Origin: Octopus bimaculoides
Lineage: Eukaryota
NCBI RefSeq assembly: GCF_001194135.2
Contig: NC_069008.1
Coordinates: forward strand, 6,679,679-6,712,622
DNA length: 32,944 bases
Direction of reading: 5' to 3'
Shown piece after piece: positions 11,666 through 21,950 of this stretch. Numbering within the stretch: position 1 is the stretch's first letter; the number at the start of each line of letters is the position of its first letter. Under the pieces are notes generated by a model. The model did not search any database and was not told the DNA's origin. It saw only the letters and a program-made list of their open reading frames with translations. A program made the position numbers and the translations under genes.

Positions 11666-12018
11666 CTAATTATAATGATTCGTAGTAATTATCTCGTGTC
11701 AAGGTAAATGTTAATGTATAAGACAGGGCAACATACATGTTTAAGGGTCAGTGTTTCATGACCTTCAGGATTAAATATTTCGTTTGATCACAACCTCACA
11801 TCGCTAAATGTTTGTTCCGGATTTTACAGGACGAGAAATGGCTTTTAATCGACCACAAATCAATCAATGAAATTTTCTCATACTTCTTCACTTTTCTTTT
11901 GGACTTTATATCAAACATTCTACTGGTGAGTAGAAAATATACATTTGCTCCATACATATAAACAGAGGTCTTTGATATCAGAGACAAGGAACTTTTTAAG
12001 AATTCCTCAAGAATTTCT
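11666..12018 (+). promoter_or_regulatory. 5' cassette of ZNF gene A with predicted 5'UTR intron 11926-12000 (GTGAGT...TTTTTAAG)
   Basis: The tcaaacattctactg|gtgagt donor and an AG exactly 18 nt before the ATG are conserved across paralogs. Confidence 0.7.
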
Positions 12019-13272
12019 ATGGAGAACGTTAATCACTCGGACACTTGTAAGACGACTGTTTTTAAGAATGGAGATGCAGTTAGAATGACAGACAGAGATG
12101 AGAAAGCTGAAGACAAAAGTGTTCCTGAATATCACTGTGAGATTTATAGGAAGACATTCTCTTCAGAAGATGAAGTCTTGTCGCACGAAGAAATACACGG
12201 GAAGGAAAAACGGTTCCGTTGTGAAATATGTTGCAAATGTTTTACCACTAATGGTCATTTAAGGACACATAAAAGATTACACACAGGGGAAAAACCCTTC
12301 CACTGTGAAATATGTGGGAAATATTTTACTCGTAGTAGTAGTTTAAAGCAACATAAAAGAGTACATACAGGAGAAAGACCCTTCCACTGTGAAATATGTG
12401 GGGAATCATTTGGTCGTAGTAGTACATTAACAAGACACAAACTTGTACATACCAGGGAAAAACGTTTCCCTTGTGAAATATGTGGGAAATGTTTTGCCAC
12501 TAATACTATTTTAAAGGTACACAAAAGAATACATACAGGAGAAAAACCCTTCCACTGTGAAATATGTGGGAAACGTTTTACCTCTAATAGTAATTTAAAG
12601 ACACATAAAAGAATACACACAGGAGAAAAACCCTTCCACTGTGAAACATGTGGGAAATCATTTGGTTGTAATAGTGCATTAACTAGTCACAGAATTGTAC
12701 ACACTGGGGAAAAACGTTTCCATTGTGAAACATGTGGGAATTGTTTTACCTCTAATAGGGATTTAAAGAGGCATGAAAGAATACATACAGGAGAAAAACC
12801 CTTCCACTGTGAAATATGTGGGAAATGTTTTACCTCTGATAATAATTTAAAGAGACATAAAAGAATACATACAGGAGAAAGACCCTTCCATTGTGAAATA
12901 TGTGGAGAATCATTTCGTTTTAGTAGCACATTAAGAGCACACAAAACTGTACACACTGGGGAAAGACGTTTCCATTGTGAAATATGTGGGAAACGTTTTA
13001 TCAATAATTCTCATTTAAAGCGGCATACAAGAATACATACAGGTGAAAAACCCTTCAATTGTGAAATATGTGGGGAATCATTTGTTTGCAGTGGTACATT
13101 AAGAAAACATGAAGTTGTACACACTGGGGAAAAACGTTTCAATTGTGAAATATGTGGGAAATGTTTTACCTCTAATAGTAGTTTAAAGGGACATAAAAGA
13201 ATACACACAGGAGAAAAAAACCTTTCCACTGTGAAATATGTGAGAAATCATATAGTTCTAGTATTGCATTAA
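12019..13272 (+). CDS. Tandem C2H2 zinc-finger protein (gene A): 12 canonical fingers plus a degenerate N-terminal finger
   Basis: 417-aa ORF with repeated CxxC-x12-HxxxH and TGEKPF linkers. The C-terminus shifts out of frame at an A7 run (13214-13220). Confidence 0.93.
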   Translation: MENVNHSDTCKTTVFKNGDAVRMTDRDEKAEDKSVPEYHCEIYRKTFSSEDEVLSHEEIHGKEKRFRCEICCKCFTTNGHLRTHKRLHTGEKPFHCEICGKYFTRSSSLKQHKRVHTGERPFHCEICGESFGRSSTLTRHKLVHTREKRFPCEICGKCFATNTILKVHKRIHTGEKPFHCEICGKRFTSNSNLKTHKRIHTGEKPFHCETCGKSFGCNSALTSHRIVHTGEKRFHCETCGNCFTSNRDLKRHERIHTGEKPFHCEICGKCFTSDNNLKRHKRIHTGERPFHCEICGESFRFSSTLRAHKTVHTGERRFHCEICGKRFINNSHLKRHTRIHTGEKPFNCEICGESFVCSGTLRKHEVVHTGEKRFNCEICGKCFTSNSSLKGHKRIHTGEKNLSTVKYVRNHIVLVLH

Positions 13273-13344
13273 GAAAGCACAAAACTGTACACACTGGAAA
13301 AGACGTTTCCAATGTGAAACATATGGGAAATGACAGTGAATAGT

Positions 13345-13485
13345 CATCAATATTTAACATCACATTTTCCATGCTGGCATGGGTTGGCCAGTTTGACTTG
13401 AGTTGGCAAACTGGAGAGCTGCACAAGGCTCCAGCTGTTTGTTTTGGCCTGGTTTCTGTGCTTGAATGCCTTTTCTAATGCCAAC
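13345..13485 (-). mobile_element. RTE-tail/SINE copy in the predicted 3'UTR of gene A (antisense)
   Basis: Reverse complement gttggcattagaaaaggcattc...ccaacccatgccagcatggaaaa matches the 1046-1180 tail. Confidence 0.8.
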
Positions 13486-13742
13486 ATGAAATGGTGAAAC
13501 ATGTTAGAAATCATTTTCTCTTCTCTTCTTGTAATCCACAAATACCATCCGGAGAAATTTCTGTTCGCTTTTAATTTTTTGACTGAGACACAATTTCATG
13601 AATCATGATGAGGAAAATGCAAATGAGAGACATTCATCAGTATTTTAACTTCCACATTTTCACACTTGACTGGGTCAGATAGGATTTGTTGAGTCAATCA
13701 CTGTGGTCAGATGCCACTCTTCCAATTAATTACATTCCCAGA

Positions 13743-13883
13743 GTGGTTGGTGTTAGGAAGGGCATCCAGCCAGAGAAACCATGCCAAGTCAGACGGGAGT
13801 GTGGTGCTGCTTCCAGCTTACCAACTCTGGACTAACCGTCCAACCCATGCCAGCATGAACGACAGATTCTAAATGATGATGAT
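13743..13883 (+). mobile_element. RTE-tail/SINE copy in the predicted 3'UTR of gene A (sense)
   Basis: gtggttggtgttaggaagggcatccagcc...ccaacccatgccagcatg...(gat)n. Confidence 0.85.
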
Positions 13884-14221
13884 TTGCCCCTGATTGGTAA
13901 TATTTTCATATAGGAATGGGCTTCCTTCAATTTCTGTCTGTCATATCTACTCACATGTCTTTGGGTGGACTCATTGTTGTGGGCTTATGGAATTACTGGC
14001 ATACTGAAGTCGTCAATAAAGACAGGCGTTATTGAAATATGTACATAATTATAGATGCTAATTTGTGTATGAGGATTTAAATGAAAATGTCAAAATAACA
14101 AAACAAAAACTAAATAATTTTTTTCACTCCCCAAATATTATAAAGGATTGATTACTTTTAATATGTTCCATATTTTGTAGTCAATGATTTACTCGTTATT
14201 CTACATTTTTTTATTTTCTAC

Positions 14222-14227
14222 AATAAA
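14222..14227 (+). terminator. Putative polyadenylation signal of gene A
   Basis: AATAAA followed by GT-rich tgttgtagatgtgtttgt; conserved at orthologous positions behind genes C and D. Confidence 0.55.
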
Positions 14228-14420
14228 TGCTTTCCAAAATTTCATAAATGTTGTAGATGTGTTTGTATTCAAATTCACCAAAATATACATATGTTTGCAT
14301 ATGGGTACATGATCATAGAGNNNNNNNNNNNNNNNNNNNNNNNNNNNNNNNNNNNNNNNNNNNNNNNNNNNNNNNNNNNNNNNNNNNNNNNNNNNNNNNN
14401 NNNNNNNNNNNNNNNNNNNN

Positions 14421-14515
14421 TCTTCAGCTTTCTCATCTCTGTCTGTCATTCTAACTGCATCTCCATTCTTTAAAACAGTCGTCTTACAAGTGTCCGAGTG
14501 ATTAACATTCTCCAT
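14421..14515 (-). CDS. ZNF paralog B, 5' start only (remainder in or lost at the N gap)
   Basis: MENVNHSDTCKTTVLKNGDAVRMTDRDEKAE is nearly identical to gene A. A 99-nt 5'UTR intron is predicted at 14534-14632 (GTGAGT, CTGAC branch, TTTTTAAG). Confidence 0.7.
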
Positions 14516-15289
14516 ATAAATTCTTCAGGAATTCTTAAAAAGTGGGTAAATTGTCAGTTTCTTGTATTAGATATCACAGATCTCTGTTTAAAGCAGAGGA
14601 GCAAATGTAATGAAGTTATATTTTCTACTCACCAGTAGAATGTTTGANNNNNNNNNNNNNNNNNNNNNNNNNNNNNNNNNNNNNNNNNNNNNNNNNNNNN
14701 NNNNNNNNNNNNNNNNNNNNNNNNNNNNNNNNNNNNNNNNNNNNNNNNNNNNNNNNNNNNNNNNNNNNNNNNNNNNNNNNNNNNNNNNNNNNNNNNNNNN
14801 NNNNNNNNNNNNNNNNNNNNNNNNNNNNNNNNNNNNNNNNNNNNNNNNNNNNNNNNNNNNNNNNNNNNNNNNNNNNNNNNNNNNNNNNNNNNNNNNNNNN
14901 NNNNNNNNNNNNNNNNNNNNNNNNNNNNNCCCCTAAACACGCAGCTTGCCCTGTCCTATCCACAAACATTAAAATTCATCTTCTCACGAGCCAATTACTA
15001 CGAATTAGATCAACTTAGCTTGTGCAATGGACGGTGTCGTTGGTATTCTTTCTCCCTTTGTAAACGATACCGGTGACATGTATTAAAAATCCCCAACGTA
15101 ATGTAACAAACGTTCAATTCTATTAATTTACGTTTTTAATTGTATCCAACATNNNNNNNNNNNNNNNNNNNNNNNNNNNNNNNNNNNNNNNNNNNNNNNN
15201 NNNNNNNNNNNNNNNNNNNNNNNNNNNNNNNNNNNNNNNNNNNNNNNNNNNNNNNNNNNNNNNNNNNNNNNNNNNNNNNNNNNNNNNNG

Positions 15290-16545
15290 GAGACATACTA
15301 CAATGCCCTTAAAAATGTGGGATAGTACAAGTGTCCAGCTGTTTTGCAAACAACACGCACATGCAAAGGCTACCAGTCGAGAACTCCGTATACCGGAAGC
15401 CAGCAANNNNNNNNNNGTCGAGAACTCCGTATACCGGAAGCCAGCAAGTGTATGGGGTCAACAGGAGAGAAAGCGCTCCGTCCCCCACCTAACTGATATG
15501 AGGCCCCACTTGCTAGATGAACGGATTATTGATTACAGCTCAATATTCTTTTACACATCCCTCATCGTCTCTTTTTAACCGAATCCAGTGGCTAGCATTT
15601 TCCACTGTCGTTTGGATATTGATCACGGTGGTATTTACTTTACGATGAGTTAGGCCTAACGTTAACCATATTCGTCTCATACTATGTCCAACAAAATCCT
15701 CTACATCCGACTTCGAGTGGAAAATATTCCGCTTTCCAGCCTGCGTCNNNNNNNNNNTCGAGTGGAAAATATTCCGCTTTCCAGCCTGCGTCTTCACATT
15801 CCTCGCTGAAGTTTACATAGCTGTCAGTCTTTCGAGCCCGAGCGGCGCTCCATGTTATCTTCATAAGGAACCGTTAACTCGACTAGATTCACAACTTTCT
15901 TTCATTCAAACCATATCAAAATGTCCGGTTTTTTTTTTTTTCGTAACTTGGATGGGAAAGAGTCCCTGACACCCTGAAAATTCTGCAGTCACCTTCCACC
16001 ATTCTACTTTTCGTTGCTCACAGGAAGCTTGTTGTTCTTCTTGAAACAGATCTGCTGTCCTGAGCGCACGTAGGTAATGAAATCTCTAGTTGGTAAAGGA
16101 CCAAGTTGNNNNNNNNNNNNNNNNNNNNNNNNNNNNNNNNNNNNNNNNNNNNNNNNNNNNNNNNNNNNNNNNNNNNNNNNNNNNNNNNNNNNNNNNNNNN
16201 NNNNNNNNNNNNNNNNNNNNNNNNNNNNNNNNNNNNNNNNNNNNNNNNNNNNNNNNNNCATAGAATGAACGAATCAGAAAACTTAGCCGAGATGTGGTCC
16301 ACCTCCATCTCTTATTCCGACTTATTTTGTTCTCAACATGTTCCCCCCATTTCGTCATCTGTCCTTGTTGAATACATTGGATCGTTTTCACGCTGTTGCT
16401 AACAACAGATCTGCATTTGTTCTGCATCATTCTTGCAAACGGTTTGAACTTATTTGTGCCAAAACCAAGTCCCTTCCGATGATATTGCGTTGCACCCACC
16501 ATATCTTGATGCGTAAGAGAAGAAAAGATGGGCTTCATTGATTCT
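15290..16545 (-). mobile_element. HERO-clade RLE non-LTR retrotransposon, 5'-truncated and decayed
   Basis: GATQYHRKGLGFG...QQGQMTKW...RLSFLIRSFY; ITYVRSGQ; PDILIWFE*KKVVNLVELTVPYEDNME; PLEVGCRGF. These are HERO-type RLE motifs (PD...ELTVPWE). Confidence 0.8.
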
Positions 16546-17015
16546 TGACTCGCCTCTCTCGGTCAATTCTAGGGATGGGGTATTTAAAAGATATTTCATT
16601 TTAATAGCATACTTTTCTGTTACAANNNNNNNNNNGGGTATTTAAAAGATATTTCATTTTAATAGCATACTTTTCTGTTACAAAATATCTTTACTTACTT
16701 ACACACGGGGCCTCGCAAGATTGAGGTTGGGGTCAAAATTTAAAATGAACGTTGTTTTTTNNNNNNNNNNCTCGCAAGATTGAGGTTGGGGTCAAAATTT
16801 AAAATGAACGTTGTTTTTTGGTTGTGTTACTTCCGCATCATCAGTTCATAAAATGTGTTTAGGGACAAAAATATTGAAAAACAGTGAGTGAAAATGAGGA
16901 AGGTGGTCATCGTATCTGCTAGAAACAGCAGCTAAATCTCCCTTAAATCACAGTTTCCTTTGAGAATATTTAGTTCTTTTTCATTCTTGTATTTTTTTCT
17001 TTTAAAAAAAATGGC

Positions 17016-17044
17016 GGATCTTGTTCAAAACGGGAACAAGATCC
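17016..17044. mobile_element. 29-bp GGATCT-ended micro-element with 8-bp TSD AAAATGGC
   Basis: GGATCTTGTTC-AAAACGG-GAACAAGATCC forms a perfect 11-bp stem, flanked by AAAATGGC at 17008-17015 and 17045-17052. The first 19 nt match the 26239 TIR at 17/19. Confidence 0.75.
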
Positions 17045-17929
17045 AAAATGGCTCCTTCCGTGGCGTTTTAATCGTAAAAAAAAATTGGCCGTAATCATCC
17101 CGGAGTGCGATAGGGAGGAGGAAGGGTAGAGAAAATAATTCATAAATTTTCAAAACTTTTTTTTCCTGAAAAGACGATCCCCACCACCACCATTTCCAAG
17201 GCTGTGGCGAAAAACAAATGGAAAAATAATTCTCAAAACGGAGAAATTACAGCTTTTGTGGTTCCCCTGTAGGAAGTGAGGCTGTCACTGAATGGGTGCC
17301 ACACAATTCCTTACGTAATCGTGGAAGGAAAATAGCGGAACNNNNNNNNNNCCTTACGTAATCGTGGAAGGAAAATAGCGGAACAAGAATATCTGAACAA
17401 ATAACGATATTTATTTTTCGTCTGTACAAGCGTTACATCTTGGGACAATCAGTAGCNNNNNNNNNNNNNNNNNNNNNNNNNNNNNNNNNNNNNNNNNNNN
17501 NNNNNNNNNNNNNNNNNNNNNNNNNNNNNNNNNNNNNAATTGTGAAGGCATTCTTCACAGGTTAGCCAACAGCGTGTGGCGCCTTCAATATTCCAGCTAC
17601 ACGGAGCTGGTCAAGTTTGTGTGCTGCTCAGGTCGGCAGTAGAGGCGAAGAGGAACGGTGGCAATCAAGCCTAGCGGCCGCTGATGGCTGCCGATGCACA
17701 TGAGGGGCTTCCTGAAGGCTCTAATCCCTGTGCATGTGTGGATGAAAATCCAACAATGGCAACTGGAACCACCCGAGACTACACCTTTATCTGAAACTCC
17801 GTTTTTTTTTAAAAACTCCTCGCCACACCCACTGCGAAATTTTTATTCACACAAATTTCTTTATAATCGTTATGTATGCCATTTGAAAGATGTTTCTGTA
17901 ACCTTTCATGACAACATACCCATTTTTAT

Positions 17930-18875
17930 GTAAGTTACGAGGGAAAAGAGTCGGGTCGTATGAAGAGATAAAACAACTTTGCATTTAATAACGACAGAGA
18001 TAATAACGTGTGTGTGTGTATAACTTTAATAAGCTCCATTGCTTTATAGTTTTGTAAGTATTACGTACTTTACTGAATGAAAGAAAGTTAACAGNNNNNN
18101 NNNNATAGTTTTGTAAGTATTACGTACTTTACTGAATGAAAGAAAGTTAACAGATTCCAATTATATTGGAATTTGTTGTGAAAAACATTTTCAGTAAGTC
18201 GAGAGACCAGTTTCCAAAAACTCAAANNNNNNNNNNGTGAAAAACATTTTCAGTAAGTCGAGAGACCAGTTTCCAAAAACTCAAACGATTCCGTTTTGAT
18301 GGGAGCGATAAAAGGTTTTCACAACAAATTCAGATATATGTGGAATTTACACCATTACAAGGATATCTGTGGAAAATTTTTATCTAAAAATACCCATTTT
18401 CCCTCCATTTATTAAGAAAGAAATTCGGTTGGGCACTCTTATGTAGGTATGCCATGTGTTTCTTAAAGGCATAGGGTGAAAGACACGGCATGTGAAGTGC
18501 TAAAAATAGGGGCCAACACACCACCAATTCGTCCAACACCATTCCGTTTTCAGAAAATAAATGCAGTTATCTGCGGAATGGTCAAATTAATTGACGTGAC
18601 ATAAAAAACCTGAAATATTATCGATTTTATTTAGTGTTTTCAGCGGTCAACGTACAATCAAACAATCTTTGCTTCTTATAAGGGTAGACATGAAGTATTC
18701 CTTATTTTTCACAGGACAGAACAAAGTCGATTCCTTAATTAATCTTAAACTTAGCTAATTTACCTTATGTTGCGTTTACAATTTACTTTCATCNNNNNNN
18801 NNNTTAAACTTAGCTAATTTACCTTATGTTGCGTTTACAATTTACTTTCATCCTTGACTAATTGTTTTCATTGAC
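17930..18875 (+). repeat. Non-coding block, direct paralog of 26075-27389 (holds the empty site of the 26239 MITE)
   Basis: Colinear similarity from gagggaaaagagtcgggtcg to gttttcattgact; single CAGATTCC at 18151-18158. Confidence 0.85.
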
Positions 18876-19303
18876 TCCTTTTTAATTTGATTAAATAGGC
18901 ACCAAATTTAATTACCTTCGACCTCCATAATTAATATAATCTCATCCAAATGCAACTTCACAACTTACTTTCATTNNNNNNNNNNNNNNNNNNNNNNNNN
19001 NNNNNNNNNNNNNNNNNNNNNNNNNNNNNNNNNNNNNNNNNNNNNNNNNNNNNNNNNNNNNNNNNNNNNNNNNNNTTAGTATTAAATATCTATAACTACA
19101 AGGAGTTGTCAATTATGCTGTAAATACCTCCGATGGGTTGTTCTGTGTTTGCTTTGCTGGATGGTAATATTTTCTGGAGTCTATATTAGCAGTACTAGGT
19201 GTTGGTCATGGTAACCATAGAAATATGCTGTATGACATGGTCAAAGAAAAGGAAATAAAACTTGAGGATGTACCAGTCTCCATATTCTCTATTCTTTTAA
19301 CTC

Positions 19304-19720
19304 ATCATCATCATTTCACATCCATTTTGCCTGATGACATTGGTTGGATGGTTTGAAAGGAGCTGCCCAGGCTCCCTCTCTGTCTTGGCATGGTTTCTGG
19401 ATGGATGTCCTTCCTAATGCCAACCACTTTACAGAGTGTAGTGGAGGCTTTTTACATAGCACCAGCACCTACAAACACGCAAGATGAAGATTACTCAGCC
19501 AGAAAGGGTTGCAAGAATCACCACACTTTTCCTTCGCTTGATGTGTCTTTTCAAGCCCAACAAACCACCAAGAGACTTGGTACCCTGTCATCCACTCTGT
19601 CAGTCCCAACGTCTGTAGATCTTTTCTTATCACTTTGTGCTATGTCTTCCTGGGTTTACCCCTTCCACATGTGTCTACAATTAGAGATTAGCACCTTTGA
19701 TGCAACTGTTCTCATTCCTA
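19304..19720 (-). mobile_element. RTE LINE 3' end and tail (inverted paralog of 27390-27785)
   Basis: (cat)n tail, ccttcctaatgccaacc core, and cttcctgggtttaccccttccacatg (GRGxPRK remnant on the minus strand). Confidence 0.75.
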
Positions 19721-19899
19721 TGAGGTAAGTCACTGTTTAAATTCAAAAATTGAACTTTTTGGATCATGTCCACATATGGCTAAATATTTAAGTTTTTGGT
19801 CCCCTGCAAGATCACAGATAGAACCTGCTTTTTATATTGTGTCCACATGCAAGTATTTCATTTCTTACATATGTATTTTTATATATTTTATCGCTTTAT

Positions 19900-20105
19900 A
19901 TAATTTTTCTGTACATTACCTTTCACCCTGCATATTTTTGCATGTGCATATAGAGACATGTCCATGAACATAATTGTGTGCGTGTGGGTATATATACGTG
20001 GATGTGTGAGCAGGTATGTATGGATGCATACATATATATATGTGGTGGGGTGAATGCATGTGTTTCACGCGAGTGTAAGTGAGTATATGCACATGCATAC
20101 ATACA
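19900..20105. repeat. Degenerate (TG/TA/CA)n microsatellite
   Basis: Direct reading. Confidence 0.85.
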
Positions 20106-20519
20106 CAGATTCAATGAGGATGGTTTTACTTTCTCCCTATTCGGGTAATTTCATAGCTCTTTTGTTTGTCTTAATAACGGTCATCTTCATAGTAATTACC
20201 CTTTCTTTATCAGTCATTTTCATAGCATTTTTGTTTCTCTTAATAACTGACGAGATGCCAGTGCAGACTTCCACCCCAACATCCGACTAATTGTCTCATA
20301 TTATAGTATGGCAACGGACTTGGTTTGGTTTTACATTTGGATGCCTTTCTTAATGCCAACCACTTTAAAGAGTGTGCTGGGAGCTTATTTACATGGCGCC
20401 AGCAACAGTGAAGTCACCAAGACCCTTCAACAGGGGAGAGTAATATTGATTCTGTAAAGAAAGATGTGTAGAAGAGCTACAATGAAAGGCTATTAAATGT
20501 GGAGAACATATGAGCGAAG

Positions 20520-21470
20520 GGGAGATTACTCTATGTGAACCCAACAGAGGGACCAGCGATCCCAGTGGACACTGTATGTCGGATAGATATGGCAAAGTTT
20601 GAGATGCTTAAATTATCTAGTAGAGTAGGATACAGTCTAGTCATCCATACAGTTAATCAGGTTATTTAAGAAGGTCTAATCCCCAGTGACTGGTGTCGCA
20701 GCATCATAGTCAGGTGCAGCAAGGATAAAGGAGATGTCTTAGAAGTGATCACAGACATCAAACTGCTGGACCAGGTAATGAAAGTTATGGAGAGAGTTGT
20801 AGCCCAACTAATTAGGAACAGAATAAGACTAGATGAGATGCAGGTCGGCTTTGCTATTTTTATTGCTAGGCAACTGTAAGAGAAGTATGTAGCTTAGGAA
20901 AAGCACACTGTGCTTGGAATTTGTTGATCTGTAGAAAGTCTTCTACAGAGTATATGGCTCTGTGATATGGTGATCTCTGAGGAACCTGGGGACAGATGAA
21001 CAGCTAGTGAAAGCAGTAAAGAGGGGTGCTGTAAGTAAGGTAGAAATTAGCCATGGGTAGTGACAACTTTAGTTTACAAGAAGGTGGTCCACCAAGGCTT
21101 AGTCCTCAGACCCCTCCTATTCACCATTGTCCTCCAAGCCATAACAGAGGAATTTAAGACTGGCTGCACACAGTAACTACTATATGTTGATGGTCTTGCT
21201 CATATGGCAGAAACTGTAACAAAAATTCCAGGTACGGAAGCAAAACCTTGAATCAAATAGCTTTAAAGTAAATTTAGTAAGAAGAAAATGTACAAGAAAC
21301 CACCCACTTCAGGCAAATAGCCTTGCTTCATATGCTGGAAAAGTGTAGGCAGGAATTCCATGTACCCTGCACAAGCTGTGAGCACACAAGAAGTACAATG
21401 GAATTATAGTGGAGTTAACAGAGAAAGTAGTGTTTGTATGTAACATGCACAGGAGCCATGAAGTCTATAG
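20520..21470 (+). mobile_element. Decayed RTE-clade reverse transcriptase fragment
   Basis: EGLIPSDWCRSIIV...IKLLDQVMKVMERVVAQLIR...DEMQVGF; FVDL*KVF; VHQGLVLRPLLFTIVLQAITEEFKTGC..LLYVDGL. Many stops and frameshifts. Confidence 0.85.
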
Positions 21471-21743
21471 AATACTTCAAAGTAATCTGTCATATTTACA
21501 AACTAACGTCTGAATATTCATAACTTCTGATGATTTGCCATGCATTGCAATATTTAACAGAGATTTCTTCATCTTTATTGTAGTCTGAGCTTGATGGACT
21601 AATTTCTTTTAAAACAGTGATAAGAATACACATGAAAATGATAGAATCCACCAAATAACTGACCCAATCCAGTGACTTGCTGTCTGATGTTCCAAACGCT
21701 TAACTTTAGATATTTCCTCTCAATATGGATGTTGAACAGCACA

Positions 21744-21950
21744 TCATCATCATCATCGTTTAACGTCCGCTTTCCATGGGTTGGACGATTTGACTGAGGA
21801 CTGGTGAAACCGGATGGCAACACCAGCCTCCAATCTGATTTGGCAGAGTTTCTACAGCTGGATGCCCTTCCTAACGCCAACCACTCAGAGAGTGTAGTGG
21901 GTGCTTTTACGTGTCACCCGCACGAACGCCAGTCAGGTGGTACTGCCACA
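21744..21950 (-). mobile_element. RTE-tail/SINE copy
   Basis: (cat)n cgtttaacgtccgctttccatgggttggacg...ctggatgcccttcctaacgccaaccac. Confidence 0.85.

Noticed and set aside
12220-13210. 84-bp periodic repeats as a CRISPR-like array
   Set aside because: Eukaryotic context; the units are in-frame C2H2 finger codons, not repeat-spacer units.
12255-13229. Antisense ORFs repeating PHISQWKGFSPVCILL (also 23075-23320 and 30490-30675)
   Set aside because: Expected by-product of repetitive ZNF codon usage on the opposite strand; no independent evidence of coding.
17560-17770. GC-richer segment that might be a LINE or exon fragment
   Set aside because: No convincing motif in any frame; left unassigned.
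15360-18850. Short apparent tandem duplications flanking 10-N gaps (near 15407, 15748, 16626, 16761, 17342, 18095, 18227, 18794)
   Set aside because: Identical sequence on both sides of fixed-length gaps indicates unmerged contig overlaps, i.e. assembly artefacts.
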